NCBI GenBank assembly: GCA_964016885.1
Contig: OZ024740.1
Coordinates: 396,118,001-396,182,000 of the forward strand
Length of the DNA: 64,000 nucleotides
Source of the DNA: Eledone cirrhosa
Lineage: Eukaryota
Reading direction: 5' to 3'
Position 1 is the stretch's first letter, and each line of letters opens with the position of its first letter. Shown here in pieces: positions 13,016-25,500 of the stretch. The notes under the pieces were generated by a model. The model had not been told where the DNA came from, made no database searches, and saw only the letters and a program-made list of their open reading frames with translations. The translations under genes were made by a program, and so were the position numbers.

Positions 13016-14919
13016 ACAGCATTTAACAAAAAATACAATGGAATTTTACCAAAAATATTTTTCTGAAGACATTTTGTTGCTTTTGATTCTTCTTTCAGGT
13101 TTAGAGAGGTTGAAATATCAGCAAATATATTCCAAGTGTTTTTACTTGTATAATATAGTACAATTTGATTTGTATAAGATGCATTATATTTTAAAATATT
13201 TGCTTTGTTTGTTTGTTTTTTGTGTAAGTTTTTCTATTGTAATTTGATGTGCTTTGTCTTTGCATCTTAAAATTCTATTTTTCGTTGCTTTTATATCAAT
13301 ATTTCTTGTCTTTTATTGTTGTTGTTTTTTTTGTTGTTACTTTCTTCTTGCTTTTAGTGTGATTGTGTGGATGCCCAAATCTATTTAATACAGTTGTGTT
13401 ATTAGCATATTTTATATTTCTGTTTTGGCTTAACTTTTTATCATTGAAATTCATATAATTTTCCTTTGTAATTTATTTCAAAGATTTTGTTGCTTTATCC
13501 TTTGCCAAGCTAATTACTTTCAATTTAAATCTTTCTTTAAAAACAATATAAATAAAACTTCACATTATAAATAACATTTATTCCTTTATATTATTTATTA
13601 AATTCAAACTCTTAATACTAGCTAGTAAGTTATTAAATGTTAACCATTCCTTATTTATTCAATATATCAAGGGATAATAGTCATAAAACTGGTATTATAA
13701 GTATATTATTATTTTGACTGTTGGTTTTGTGGGACAGCCGTAACTTCATGAACTGAGTCCATAATTTAATTTAAATTTCTAGTTGGAATCACTTCACTAA
13801 ATCACTTTGGATGTCAACATCACAATTTCTTAATTCTCTTCTAATATATATTGAGTTTTTTAGTTTGTTTTAGCCATCATGACTATAGACAAGCAATTCA
13901 TATGTTAAGTATAGATCAAATGGAATAAAATGTTTAAATGTTGGAGAAATATTTTCTATTGTTCCTCGGTGGTATCTATCACGTTTCCTCACTATGATAT
14001 CTACAATAGGGTTATTCTTTCTCTCTTTGCTCCTTGCCTATGATACGATTTGACATATAAATTTGAGAAGACTTGTAGTTGTGTCAGAGGCACAATAATC
14101 TCTAGTTTTGGTGAACTATATAGTAAACACACCCACTACGCTCTGTAAAGTGGTCAGTGGTAGGAAGGGTATCCAACCATATAAACTTGCCAAACAAAGA
14201 ATCAGGAGGACTCTTCAATGATGCCATGGACATGACAAACTCACTGGAGTTGGTGATTTTCATTATCACCGAATTCACTCTGTAAAGTAGTTGGTGATAG
14301 AGACATGGCAACTTCTCTAGTGTTGGTTTCATGACAAAATTTACTTGATAGAGTGCGGGAAGGTATGTAGAGCCCCTAGCCCACCTGAAGGTCAGAGGCT
14401 CTGTTTGAGTACTGATTGGTCTGTGACAGCATGTCTAACCCATGCCAGACATTAAACAGTGATGATGATGATGTTAACAATGATATCTAATTGCAGTAGA
14501 GTGTGAATTATAATTATCTTGCTTGGAGGGCCTTTGTGACTACAATCAATACTAGGATTTTGTGGAAGGTAGACCAAAGAAGTCAACAGTAATAACCTAA
14601 AATTTTGTAATAGGCTGAAAATTAAACATAAACTGAAATATGACTCAACCGAAAAGATCAAAATAGAAATTTAAATGGAAGTAGTATAATTAGTATATCA
14701 TATGTCCTTATTAGTTCATTATGAGTTCAAACTCATTCATAAATGTAAGAAATCCAAGCTAGTAGTCTGTAAAAATGTTTCAATAATAATGCTAGTTTAT
14801 GGCTTCAAAACATGTATTGAGCTGTTCCATTAATATAGTTACATTATTTCTCTGTCTACTCAAATGTAAAATAGTTTTTAGCCAGTGCCATTTCTGTTGA
14901 GCTTACAATCTAGTTGTTA

Positions 14920-15130
14920 AAAGCACCCGTGTAGGTGCCACAAAAAAGCACCCAGCACTCACTGTAAATGAGGTTGGTGTTAGGAAGGGCATCCAGCTGT
15001 AGAAATCAAGCCAAATCAGTTCCTGTATAAGCAAGGCATGGTCAGCCGACCAGACACTGCCCACAACAGGACAACCCGTCTAACCCATGCTAGCGTGGAA
15101 GAACGGACGTAAAACGGTGATGATGATGAT
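14920..15130 (+). mobile_element. Young RTE-tailed short retroelement (SINE or 5'-truncated LINE 3' UTR)
   Basis: ggttggtgttaggaagggcatccagctgtagaaa motif, also present in the RTE 3' UTR at about 59605-59637, and a (TGA)n tail. Confidence 0.8.
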
Positions 15131-15181
15131 AAGTTATGCTAATGCTTGGATTATCAGAACTATCCAACTAAAAAATGTATC

Positions 15182-15274
15182 TATACTGAGTTGAGAAAAG
15201 ATGTAAAAACCTTGTCATTATTATCGCTATCATAATAATGACAAGGTTTTTACATCTTTTCTCAACTCAGTATA
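15182..15274. repeat. Perfect 43-bp inverted repeat with a 7-nt loop
   Basis: 15182-15224 is the exact reverse complement of 15232-15274. Confidence 0.95.
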
Positions 15275-15382
15275 TTCAAATCCCGCTGAGGTTAACTTTG
15301 CCTTTCATCCTTACGGGGTCGATAAAATAAAGTACCAGTAATGTACTGGGTAATTGCTGGCCTTGTGCTTAAAGTAGAAACA
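15275..15382 (+). mobile_element. 5'-truncated SINE family A copy with a 16-bp TSD
   Basis: Matches the 3' half of 6010-6192. attattatcgctatca occurs at 15217-15232 and 15383-15398. Confidence 0.85.
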
Positions 15383-15810
15383 ATTATTATCGCTATCAAA
15401 TTTTAAATTAATTTGTCTTTACTGATACACAAAAAATAAGCTGCAGACGTTTCTAAAAGTATACATTGTATAAGATAGTAGCTAAAGATCTGGGTAGATG
15501 AGCTAGATTAGTGGGCTATGCTTCATAAGTTTATATCTACTGTAAATGTGTTGCCTAGATTTTACATGCCTCAGTTTACCTAGATGTGATGAATAGTTAC
15601 CAGATCTGAGAATAGTATCTACAATAGATTGGTCTTCCTTTTTCAAAAGGCGACTTATTTCTTATCTGTTTAACACAAATTAAAACTAGCTTAATGATAC
15701 TCGTGAAATTCTATGTTGACCTACACTTTCAGATTGAGTCTTCAATTATAAAATTAACAGAAATTTATCAATATCACAAATACAATTAAATATAAACTGT
15801 CATTCCAATG

Positions 15811-16115
<305 letters not shown>

Positions 16116-16387
16116 GTCTTAGCATGATTCTGGCATGAAACACTTTTCTTTAGTGATTGTTTTACTGCATGTTGTTTTTAAAACAGATCTTTTAAGGACT
16201 CTACGAAGTGAGACACTGTACAATCTCAAGAAAGTGTCTTGCAACAGAAAGAGATTTTTGTGAAATTTCAGGATACCTATTAATGGATATAATCACTTAC
16301 TATTTAGTACACGATCAGACTGCTCTCTCTCTCTCTCAAATTAGAAAACATTTACTTTGCTACCAATACAATTTTTCCTCTCAAGAA

Positions 16388-16590
16388 TTAGTCGTCATCA
16401 TCATCATTGTTTTTACGTTCATTTTTCCATGCTTGCATGGGGTAGACGATTTCTCTCCAGTACATTTTCCCACTTGTCTCTTTCCTTTGTTATCTCCTTT
16501 TTGAGGTGTAGTTTCTTGAGATTGGCTTTCACCATCTCTGTCCATGTCTTTCTTGGTCATCCTCAACCATGACTTACTTCCACTTCAAAT
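16388..16590 (-). mobile_element. RTE LINE 3'-end fragment
   Basis: The minus strand reads G*PRKTW...ccccatgcaagcatggaaaaatgaacgtaaaaac followed by (TGA)n. Confidence 0.7.
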
Positions 16591-17571
16591 ATTTTTTCCT
16601 ATCCAACTAACTACAATTGAATATCAACTGTGACTTACCTCACTCTGTTATCCTGATACCACAATCTAAAAGTGCCTACTCCCTTCTTAGCAGACTCTGA
16701 AAAATAACAATAAATATTAGCTGTCACAACCTTACAGCTCTTCTAATACAAAATAGTTGTTGTTTTGTAATAAATATAGTTTCTACTCCCAGGGAATAGT
16801 TCTTTAATAAATATTTCCCCTGTGATATGTAAAACACACTGACAAACCATATTTATATCTCTGGGCAATATGTCATTTTTTTCTTAATGTTTGGCAATAG
16901 CCTTGATCTATAAATGTGTGTTAAAACAAATGTTATTGTGTTTTGGGAGAGTTATCTTTTCCAATAATTATACTTATGACTGATTGTTATTTTATTACCA
17001 TTTTATTATATATATAGCAATTTTATTATACACCCTGCAATACTTGAGTATTGTATAAAAGTAACACCATGCAGAAATGTGCAGATTTTAGCACATTACA
17101 AACTATTTGACAAATTTAATAGAATCTTTGTGTATTTTTTTAACTAAAGTAGAAATTACAGCAAAATTGTGTTGGTCACTTTGTTAAATCCAAAGCTTCA
17201 GGATAATAAACAAGAATAAACAACATTCTTGGTTTTGCTCTGTGGTGCTATGATAAAAAGCTCATCGGGCTATCCAACTCTTGAAGTACCAACATAAAGC
17301 TGACCATGTGAAAAAGGCAGCATGTACCAAGCTCAGCCCAACAACTTTCAATAGTTACCCTGGAGATTTATTGGTAGTCATGAGAAAACTGAACCTAACA
17401 GGGAAATGAAGCCATTTAGTTTCATATAGCAAATCATTTGAATCAGAAATATTCTGAAAATCAAACAATTGTCTCTAGCAAATTTTTTTGAAACGATTGT
17501 GACATCCATGACATAGGGTATCATATTTCTGATGTTGAGTTTTGTGCCATTGCAAACTTTTTGAGGATCCA

Positions 17572-18090
17572 GCTGTTTTGAGTGAGATTTGGCTGCTATT
17601 ATTACCAGGTCTAGCTACTGTATAGGGTGTTTTTTCAAATGGTTCATATATATATATATACATAAGACAGAATGGCGTAATTTGAGGAAGATTTGCTTCC
17701 TATTTCTGTCAAGGTTACCTAACATGTAGAGGTTCCTTCATTGGCTCATATGTAAGAGAGTATTGAATGATTTGTGGGAAATTTGACTGCTACTTCAATC
17801 AGGTCTACCTAATATGTAGTTTCCTTCATTGGTTCATAACGTATATACATACATGTCAGTATGGCTGCTATCTGTCAAGTCTAGATATCATACAGAGGTT
17901 TTCTCCATTGGCTTAGACAACATGTATAAGAGAGGAGGTTGTGATTTGAAGATTTGGTTGCTATTTGTACCAGATGTAGCTACCATGTAGAAGTCTCAAT
18001 TGCTAGCTCAAAACATATGTGCATAAAACTAACTGTAGCGTGTAGTTTGAGAGAGATTTGGCTACTAAACCTATTAGGTCAAGTGGATCT
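17572..18090 (+). repeat. Head-to-tail array of about six diverged ~75-90-bp units
   Basis: Recurrent 'tttga..gagatttggctgcta....caggtcta.cta..atgtagagg...c.tcattggctc', separated by short AT/CA-rich spacers. Confidence 0.65.
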
Positions 18091-19719
18091 CTTGCATGAA
18101 TTCAGACACAATATTTTGACCGGAAGTTATAAATAACAATAGATTCATTCAAACAAAAGAGAGCAGATAAAGATAGATAATTGGAAGATAAAATGTTCAG
18201 CTTTTGTTGAAAGAAATAGGAAAATTAAAAAAACTGAAATCAAACTCATTACTACTTTATATATCAAAATAAATCTCATATAAACCTTCCCTGGGATGGT
18301 GAATAGTATTACTATATATGAGGTTATGTGAGTGTTCGGTTTGTAGTTTCTGGACAAAATGCAGTGACCTGCACACACACACACACATATGTTAATGCAC
18401 ATCAAAGGTTTTCATCAGATTCCTTGTGCAACAGAGATCTGTGAACTATCTATAAAAGTTTAGTTAAAAAAAACAAAAACATTTTTTTAAAATTTGTTAC
18501 TCTCAACCAAATAATTAAATAACTATCTGTATATGAGTTTAATTATCGGCAAAGGTGTATCTCCTAAGATACAATATTTCAAACTTATACTGCCCTATTC
18601 CCATACATGTAAAATATTCTGTCCGATTCAGTTTACCAAAAAAGTTAACTTTTCCATCATCACAGGCAGATGTTTCATAGCCTTTTCTGGTTACCCTGAA
18701 GCTTTAATAAGTTGAACTTTCAGAGTATGATTGTTGCAATAGTGTTAACCCAAAGGGTTGTAGTGGTGATGGTAATATTTTTACTGTTATCATTTGGCCT
18801 CAAATTTATATGAAAAGGAAATGGTATGTTGTAACATCTGTGCCTTTATTAAAAAAAAAAAAAGGTAATGGTGATTTAAGCAAAAGTGTTTCCAACTTGG
18901 AGTCAAAATGGTGGAAATAATAATTTACAAGACTGCCATCTGAATTTTTCATTGGTCTCTAAATGTTCCATATTAAAATTTTACAAACAAATTATGATAG
19001 ATTTTCTGTCAGAATTGTGAACAGTTATAATACATTACATTTTAGTTTGTACTAGCTGCTTATTTTGGCTGTACAGTATAAAAGTACTGTCAATTCCACT
19101 ATAAGTTACTATTGTGTTGTAAATAGCATGTGAAATTTCCAAAAATGTTTATTCTAATACCAGATCTTAGATTTTCACAATTCTGATTCTGTAAGGAGGA
19201 CAATTTTTCTTTTTAAAACTAATCCTTGTTCTATACCAGTCATATTCTTATAGTTCTTTTCTGAAATTATTGCTTAACATATCTGATTTACTTAGAAATA
19301 TTGTTAGAAACTACTGAGTTTGAAATCCTCTGTTTCATCTGATCAATCATTTACAATTATATTTTAAATAGTATCATATAGGATAAAACGTTCAATAGTA
19401 AAACCTCTAGTGAAATATTATACACTTTAATCATGAAAACATTTGTTAAATAGCAAAGTGTTTCAAATGTTTTGAAACTTTTAGAAGAAACATTTAGATT
19501 TGTTAGAAGTAAACTAAAATAAAGTAGAAATTACACTGAAATCATAAATGGCCTCTAAGAAATTTAATGAAAAATAAATAATATTCTATTTTGTGTGTTT
19601 GGGTGTTTGAGACAAATTCCACTTCCTCTTTCTTTCTCCTTTGGACTAAATTTAGGATCATTGCTTCTAGCTTTATCATTTTGTAATTAATAACTCTGCT
19701 TGTATATATTCACTTTCAG

Positions 19720-19755
19720 TCTTCCCAACAGATGCTGAGGCCTCGGCACCTCCAC
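19720..19755 (+). CDS. Candidate alternatively spliced microexon of the RILP-like gene (LFPTDAEASAPP)
   Basis: cactttcag acceptor and C|gtatgt donor, 36 nt, phase 1-1, no stop, fits between the flanking exons. A second in-frame AG at 19730-19731 gives a 24-nt form. Confidence 0.5.
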
Positions 19756-21992
19756 GTATGTATTTTATAGCAACCTTATCACAGTGCTTCGATTTCGTTT
19801 TTTTTTTTTTTTATATTTTAGTTAATAAAATTTAATGAGTAAAAATAAAACTATTAACAGTTAGTACCAATTATATATATTTTTTTTTATTTTTAAATTT
19901 CTTGATAGAAAAATAGGGAGAAAATTTTAGCTGAATGGTTAGTTTATAATTTTATTTAAGCATTTGAAAAATGATAGATTAGTGAATATACAACATGGAC
20001 TTAGAGTAATTATCAGGTTTCTTTAAATTAGTTTGTTTATTAAATTGAAGGTGATCATAACTCCATTTATCTATTCTTTGCTTGATTGCCATCATTTAAT
20101 ATAGTTCTTTGTCACTTATTAGTTTGTCTTTTGCATGACTATATTTCTGTAATAGCCATAGTGTTATTGTAACTCTGACAAAATATATAACAGCCTCTTG
20201 AGAATAAATTTAACTTTCTTAAATCTAGAGATTTAATACTAAACTGAAATGAATTAAGTAAAATATTTTTTTCAAATTTTAAATTCACTGTGAACACTAT
20301 CCTATTTACAACAGGATCAGTAACAACACATTATTTAGTAACTTAATACTTGAGGCATTCAAATAGTGTACACAATGTACAGCAATACAATATATAAACG
20401 TCAATGAATGGGATTTCTTGGTTAAGAAATGGGGAGATGGTAGTAAAAGTTACAAAAGATAAGAGCTATGATAAATGAAGACTTGGGATGGAGCAGTTTG
20501 ATCAAAGCATAGTCGCAAAGATATGATGGTTGTTAAGAATGCATGGAAATATGAGGTTATGCAGACCACGTCAACTTTAGGCCAGCATGAAAAAAAAAAC
20601 GGACATTTAACTGAAGAGGATTATAAAGGTGATTTCTATTTACAAAAGTTTATTTCTGAATATTTTAAATTGTAAAATCTTGTGAGTATGTGTGATAGTT
20701 GTCTATATCTTGTCTTTTGTTTGAATAAATTTAGTAGTACTGTACCTGTCTTTAGATTTGTGTCAGATTACCTTTACTTGGGGAATCTACTACTGAGGAT
20801 GATTTAAATGTTTGAATTTGGAAATGTCATTAGCTCTGAGTTATTAATTTATGTAGAACCATATCATAATCAATAACTGTTTTGTTTAACAAGTTCATTG
20901 ATAGAGATTATTGTATAAGATAAGTAAGATAGTAATAGGTTTCTTTCTGGAACTCTTAATTAACTTTCCCACTGCACAGAGAAAAACATCTGGTATCATG
21001 AAATAAAACTTCAATAACCAAAACAATGCTGTTTTTTTCTGAAAATTAACACATTTTTCGGAAAATAGACAACAGGTTTTTCTGAGAATAAACAACAGGT
21101 ATTTTTCTACTCTGAGAGAATCACAAGTGATGCAGATGTCCATTGACCAGTCATACAAGATTCCTTGTCACTATGAGACTCAAAAGTCAAACAAACAAAT
21201 GGCACCAAGCATTGACATCACAAGTCACACCATGTTTATCAGTTATTTCAAATTCTGAAGGCTGCCTACACACTTTTGATTCTGATCCTAAATCAAACTG
21301 CTATTTGCAAACATGAACTCAGACTTCTCTACACTCCATGTGGACATTGCTAAATATCCCCTATTTTCTCTCATATTATTATGATTCAATGTAATCACAT
21401 TTATTATTGAAACACAACTCATATCTTCCACAGCAGCGCATATCCATTTTTACTTGAGGTGTTAAGAAAAACTGTCTGTATCTGCTGTAACTTTCGTAAC
21501 CTTACACAATTATTATCGCTAAACAAACTGGTTTAGCTTGTTTGGTGCAGATAAGATTCAATCAGATTAGTTTCAGAGCTAGTTTAATGACTCATATTTT
21601 TATAGCCAGATCACATCAGTTAAGTTTGTCTTTCATCCCTCTAGGTTATAAAATAATTATCTAATATACTGATGTAATTAACAATACTTATTATTATGAA
21701 TATAGTGTAAGGGGATATAATACATTTTTTTCTTTCATTTCATTTATTGAGATGCCAAAGAATGGCAGTATGTTTTCAGTGAGCTAAGCCTGAACCTCAG
21801 TTTTAATTTTGAATAGAAACTATTTCATTTTCCCCCTTGGTGTGTTCATAGACATCACTACTGTTGATTGACAAAATAAAGACATTTAATGCTTGAGATA
21901 AGTACAATAAAGATGATTAGTCATAGTAGTTATACTTATATTAACATTTGTTAATAATTCTAATTTCTAACTATTTCAAGAAACTTAGAGTA

Positions 21993-22028
21993 TCAACCAG
22001 TTCCAAAACTGCTTTTGGAACTGGTTGA
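21993..22028. repeat. Perfect 16-bp hairpin
   Basis: tcaaccagttccaaaa-ctgc-ttttggaactggttga. Confidence 0.9.
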
Positions 22029-22550
22029 CTAATAATTATATTTATATACATATTAACCAACTCTACAGACACTTTCACAATAAACATTTATCCATCACTT
22101 AAAATGCATACTTAGTAATAAGAACACTTAGACTATGAAGTACATACATATATGAGTGCCTACATATATACATACCTATATAGAAATCTACAGGTGTATT
22201 TGTTATATGTATAAATTGAGATCCAAACAAAGCACTGTTTGCACAATCCTTATACTGGAATTGCTACTGTACCTTTCTAAGAGAATTCATTTTGACATTT
22301 GTATTTCACAAAAGCTAATTATACAACCATCCATCCTCATACAATATTTCTGTCCAGTTTATAACCAGCCAAGCATGCTTTGTCCAATTTCATTCATATA
22401 TTTTACCATATTCGTTTTACTTTCCCTCTTTTCATGCCATTAACTCTGCAATAATATAATGCTTTCTTTCACTATTGCTATTGTTTTGGTTCTTCCTTGC
22501 TTCTTGCTTTCTCAAAGAAACTACTGTGTTATATTGACATTTATTATGTT

Positions 22551-25500
22551 AATGGTTGTGGTAGTGTTTAATGTGGTTGTGGTAGTGTTTACTGTGGTGA
22601 TGGTTGTGGTAGTGTTTACCTTAGTGATGGTTGTGGTACTGTTAACTGTGGTGATGGTTGTGGTAGTGTTTAATGAGGTGATGGTTGTGGTAGTGTTTAC
22701 CTTGGTGATGGTTGTGGTACTGTTTACCTTGGTGATGGTTGTGGTACTGTTTACTGTGGTGATGGTTGTGGTAGTGTTTAATGAGGTGATGGTTGTGGTA
22801 GTGTTTAATGTGGTGATGGTTGTGGTACTGTTTACTGTGATGATGGTTGTGGTAGTGTTTACTGTGGTAATGGTTGTGGTAGTGTTTACTGTGGTAATGG
22901 TTGTGGTAGTGTTTACTGTGGTAATGGTTGTGGTAGTGTTTACTGTGGTCATGGTTGTGGTAGTGTTTACTGTGGTCATGGTTGTGGTAGTGTTTACTGT
23001 GGTAATGGTTGTGGTAGTGTTTACTGTGGTGATGGTTGTGGTAGTGTTTACTGTGGTGATTGTTGGGGTAGTATTTATTTTGGTAATGTTTACTGTGGTA
23101 ATGGTTGGGGTAGTGTTTACTGTGGTGATGGTTGGGGTTGTGTTTACTGTGGTGATGGTTGGGGTAGTGTTTAATGAGGTGATGGTTGTGATAGTGTTTA
23201 CTGTGGTGATGGTTGGGTAGTGTTTACTGTGGTGATGGTTGGGGTAGTGTTTAATGAGGTGATAGTTGTGGTAGTGTTTAATGTGGTGATGGTTGTGGTA
23301 GTGTTTAATGAGGTGATGGTTGTGGTAGTGTTTACTGTGGTGATGGTTGGGGTAGTGTTTACTGTGGTAATGGTTGTGGTAGTGTTTACTGCAGTAATGG
23401 TTGTGGTAGCGTTTACTGTGGTAATGGTTGGGGTAGTGTTTACTGTGGTAATGGTTGGGGTAGTGTTGATGGTTGTAGTAGTGTTTACTGTGTTGATGGT
23501 TGTGGTAGTGTTTACTGTGGTAATGGTTGTGGTAGTGTTTACTGTGGTAATGGTTCTGATAGTGTTTACTGTGGTAATGGTTCTGATAGTGTTTACTGTG
23601 GTAATGGTTGGGGTAGTGTTTATTGTGGTAATGGTTGGGGTAGTGTTTACTGTGGTAGTGTTTACTGTGGTAATTGTTGTGGTAGTGTTTACTGCGGTAA
23701 TGGTTCTGGTAGTGTTTACTGTGGTAATGGTTCTGGTAGTGTTTACTGTGGTAATGGCTGTGGTAGTGTTTACTGTGGTAATGGTTGTGGTAGTGTTTAC
23801 CTGGGTAATGGTTGTGGTAGTGTTTACTGTGGTGGTTGAGGTACTGTTTACTGTGGTAATGGTTCTGGTTGTGTTGACTGTGGTTGTGGTAATGTTTACT
23901 GTGGTAATGGTTGTGGTAGTATTTACTGTGGTGATGATTGGGGTAGTGTTTACTGTGGTGATGGCTGGAGTAGTGTTTAATGAGGTGATGGCTGTGGTAG
24001 TGTTTACTGTGGTGATGGTTGGGGTAGTGTTTACAGTGGTAATGGTTGTGGTAGTATTTACAGTGGTGATGGTTGTGGTAGTGTTTATTGTGGTAATGGT
24101 TAGGGTAGTGTTTACTGTGGTAATGGTTGTGGTAGTGTTTACTGTGGTAATGGTTGTGGTAGTGTTTACTGTGGTAATGGTTGGGGTAGTGTTTACTGTG
24201 GTAATGGTTGTGGTAGTGTTTACTGTGGTAATGGTTGTAGTAGTGTTTACTGTGGTGATGGTTGTGGTAGTGTTTACTGTGGTTGTGGTAGTGTTTACTG
24301 TGGTAATGGTTGGGGTAGTGTTTACTGTGGTGATGGTTGTGGGAGTGTTTACTGTGGTAATGGTTGTGGTAGTGTTTACTGTGGTAATGGTTGTGGTAGT
24401 GTTTACTGTGGTCATGGTTGGGGTAGTGTTTACTGTGGTGATGGTTGTGGTAGTGTTTACTGTCGTGATGGTTGTGGTACTATTTACTGTGGTAATGGTT
24501 GTGGTAGTGTTTACTGTGGTAATGGTTGTGGTAGTGTTTACTGTGGTAATGGTTGTGGTAGTGTTTACTGTGGTAATGGTTGGGGTAGTGTTTACTGTGG
24601 TAATGGTTGGGGTAGTGTTTACTGTGGTAATGGTTGTGGTAGTGTTTACTGTGGTAATGGTTGGGGTAGTGTTTACTGTGGTAATGGTTGGGGTAGTGTT
24701 TACTGTGGTAATGGTTGTGGTAGTGTTTACTGTGGTAATGGTTGTGGTAGTGTTTACTGTGGTAATGGTTGTGGTAGTGTTTACTGTGGTAATGGTTGGG
24801 GTAGTGTTTACTGTGGTAATGGTTGGGGTAGTGTTTACTGTGGTAATGGTTGTGGTAGTGTTTACTGTGGTAATGGTTGGGGTAGTGTTTACTGTGGTAA
24901 TGGTTGGGGTAGTGTTTACTGTGGTAATGGTTGTGGTAGTGTTTACTGTGGTAATGGTTGTGGTAGTGTTTACTGTGGTAATGGTTGGGGTAGTGTTTAC
25001 TGTCGTAATGGTTGGGGTAGTGTTTACTGTGGTAATGGTTGTGGTAGTGTTTACTGTGGTAATGGTTGTGGTAGTGTTTACTGTGGTAATGGTCGTGGTA
25101 GTGTTTACTGTGGTAATGGTTGGGGTAGTGTTTACTGTGGTAATGGTTGGGTTAGTGTTTACTGTGGTAATGGTTGTGGTAGTGTTTACTGTGGTAATGG
25201 TTGTGGTAGTGTTTACTGTGGTAATGATTGTAGTAGTGTTTACTGTGGTAATGGTTGTGGTAGTGTTTACTGTGGTGATGGTTAGGGTAGTGTTTAGTGT
25301 GGTAATGGTTGGGGTAGTGTTTACTGTGGTGGTGGTTGTGGTAGTGTTTACTGTGGTGATGGTTGTGGTAGTGTTTACTGTGGTAATGGTTGTGGTAGTG
25401 TTTAGTGTGGTGATGGTTGTGGTAGTGTTTAGTGTGGTGATGGTTGTGGTAGTGTTTACTGTGGTGATGGTTGTGGTAGTGTTTACTGTGGTGATGGTTG

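Noticed and set aside
17572-18090. CRISPR-like array
   Set aside because: Eukaryotic intron, long and divergent units, low-complexity spacers and no cas genes.
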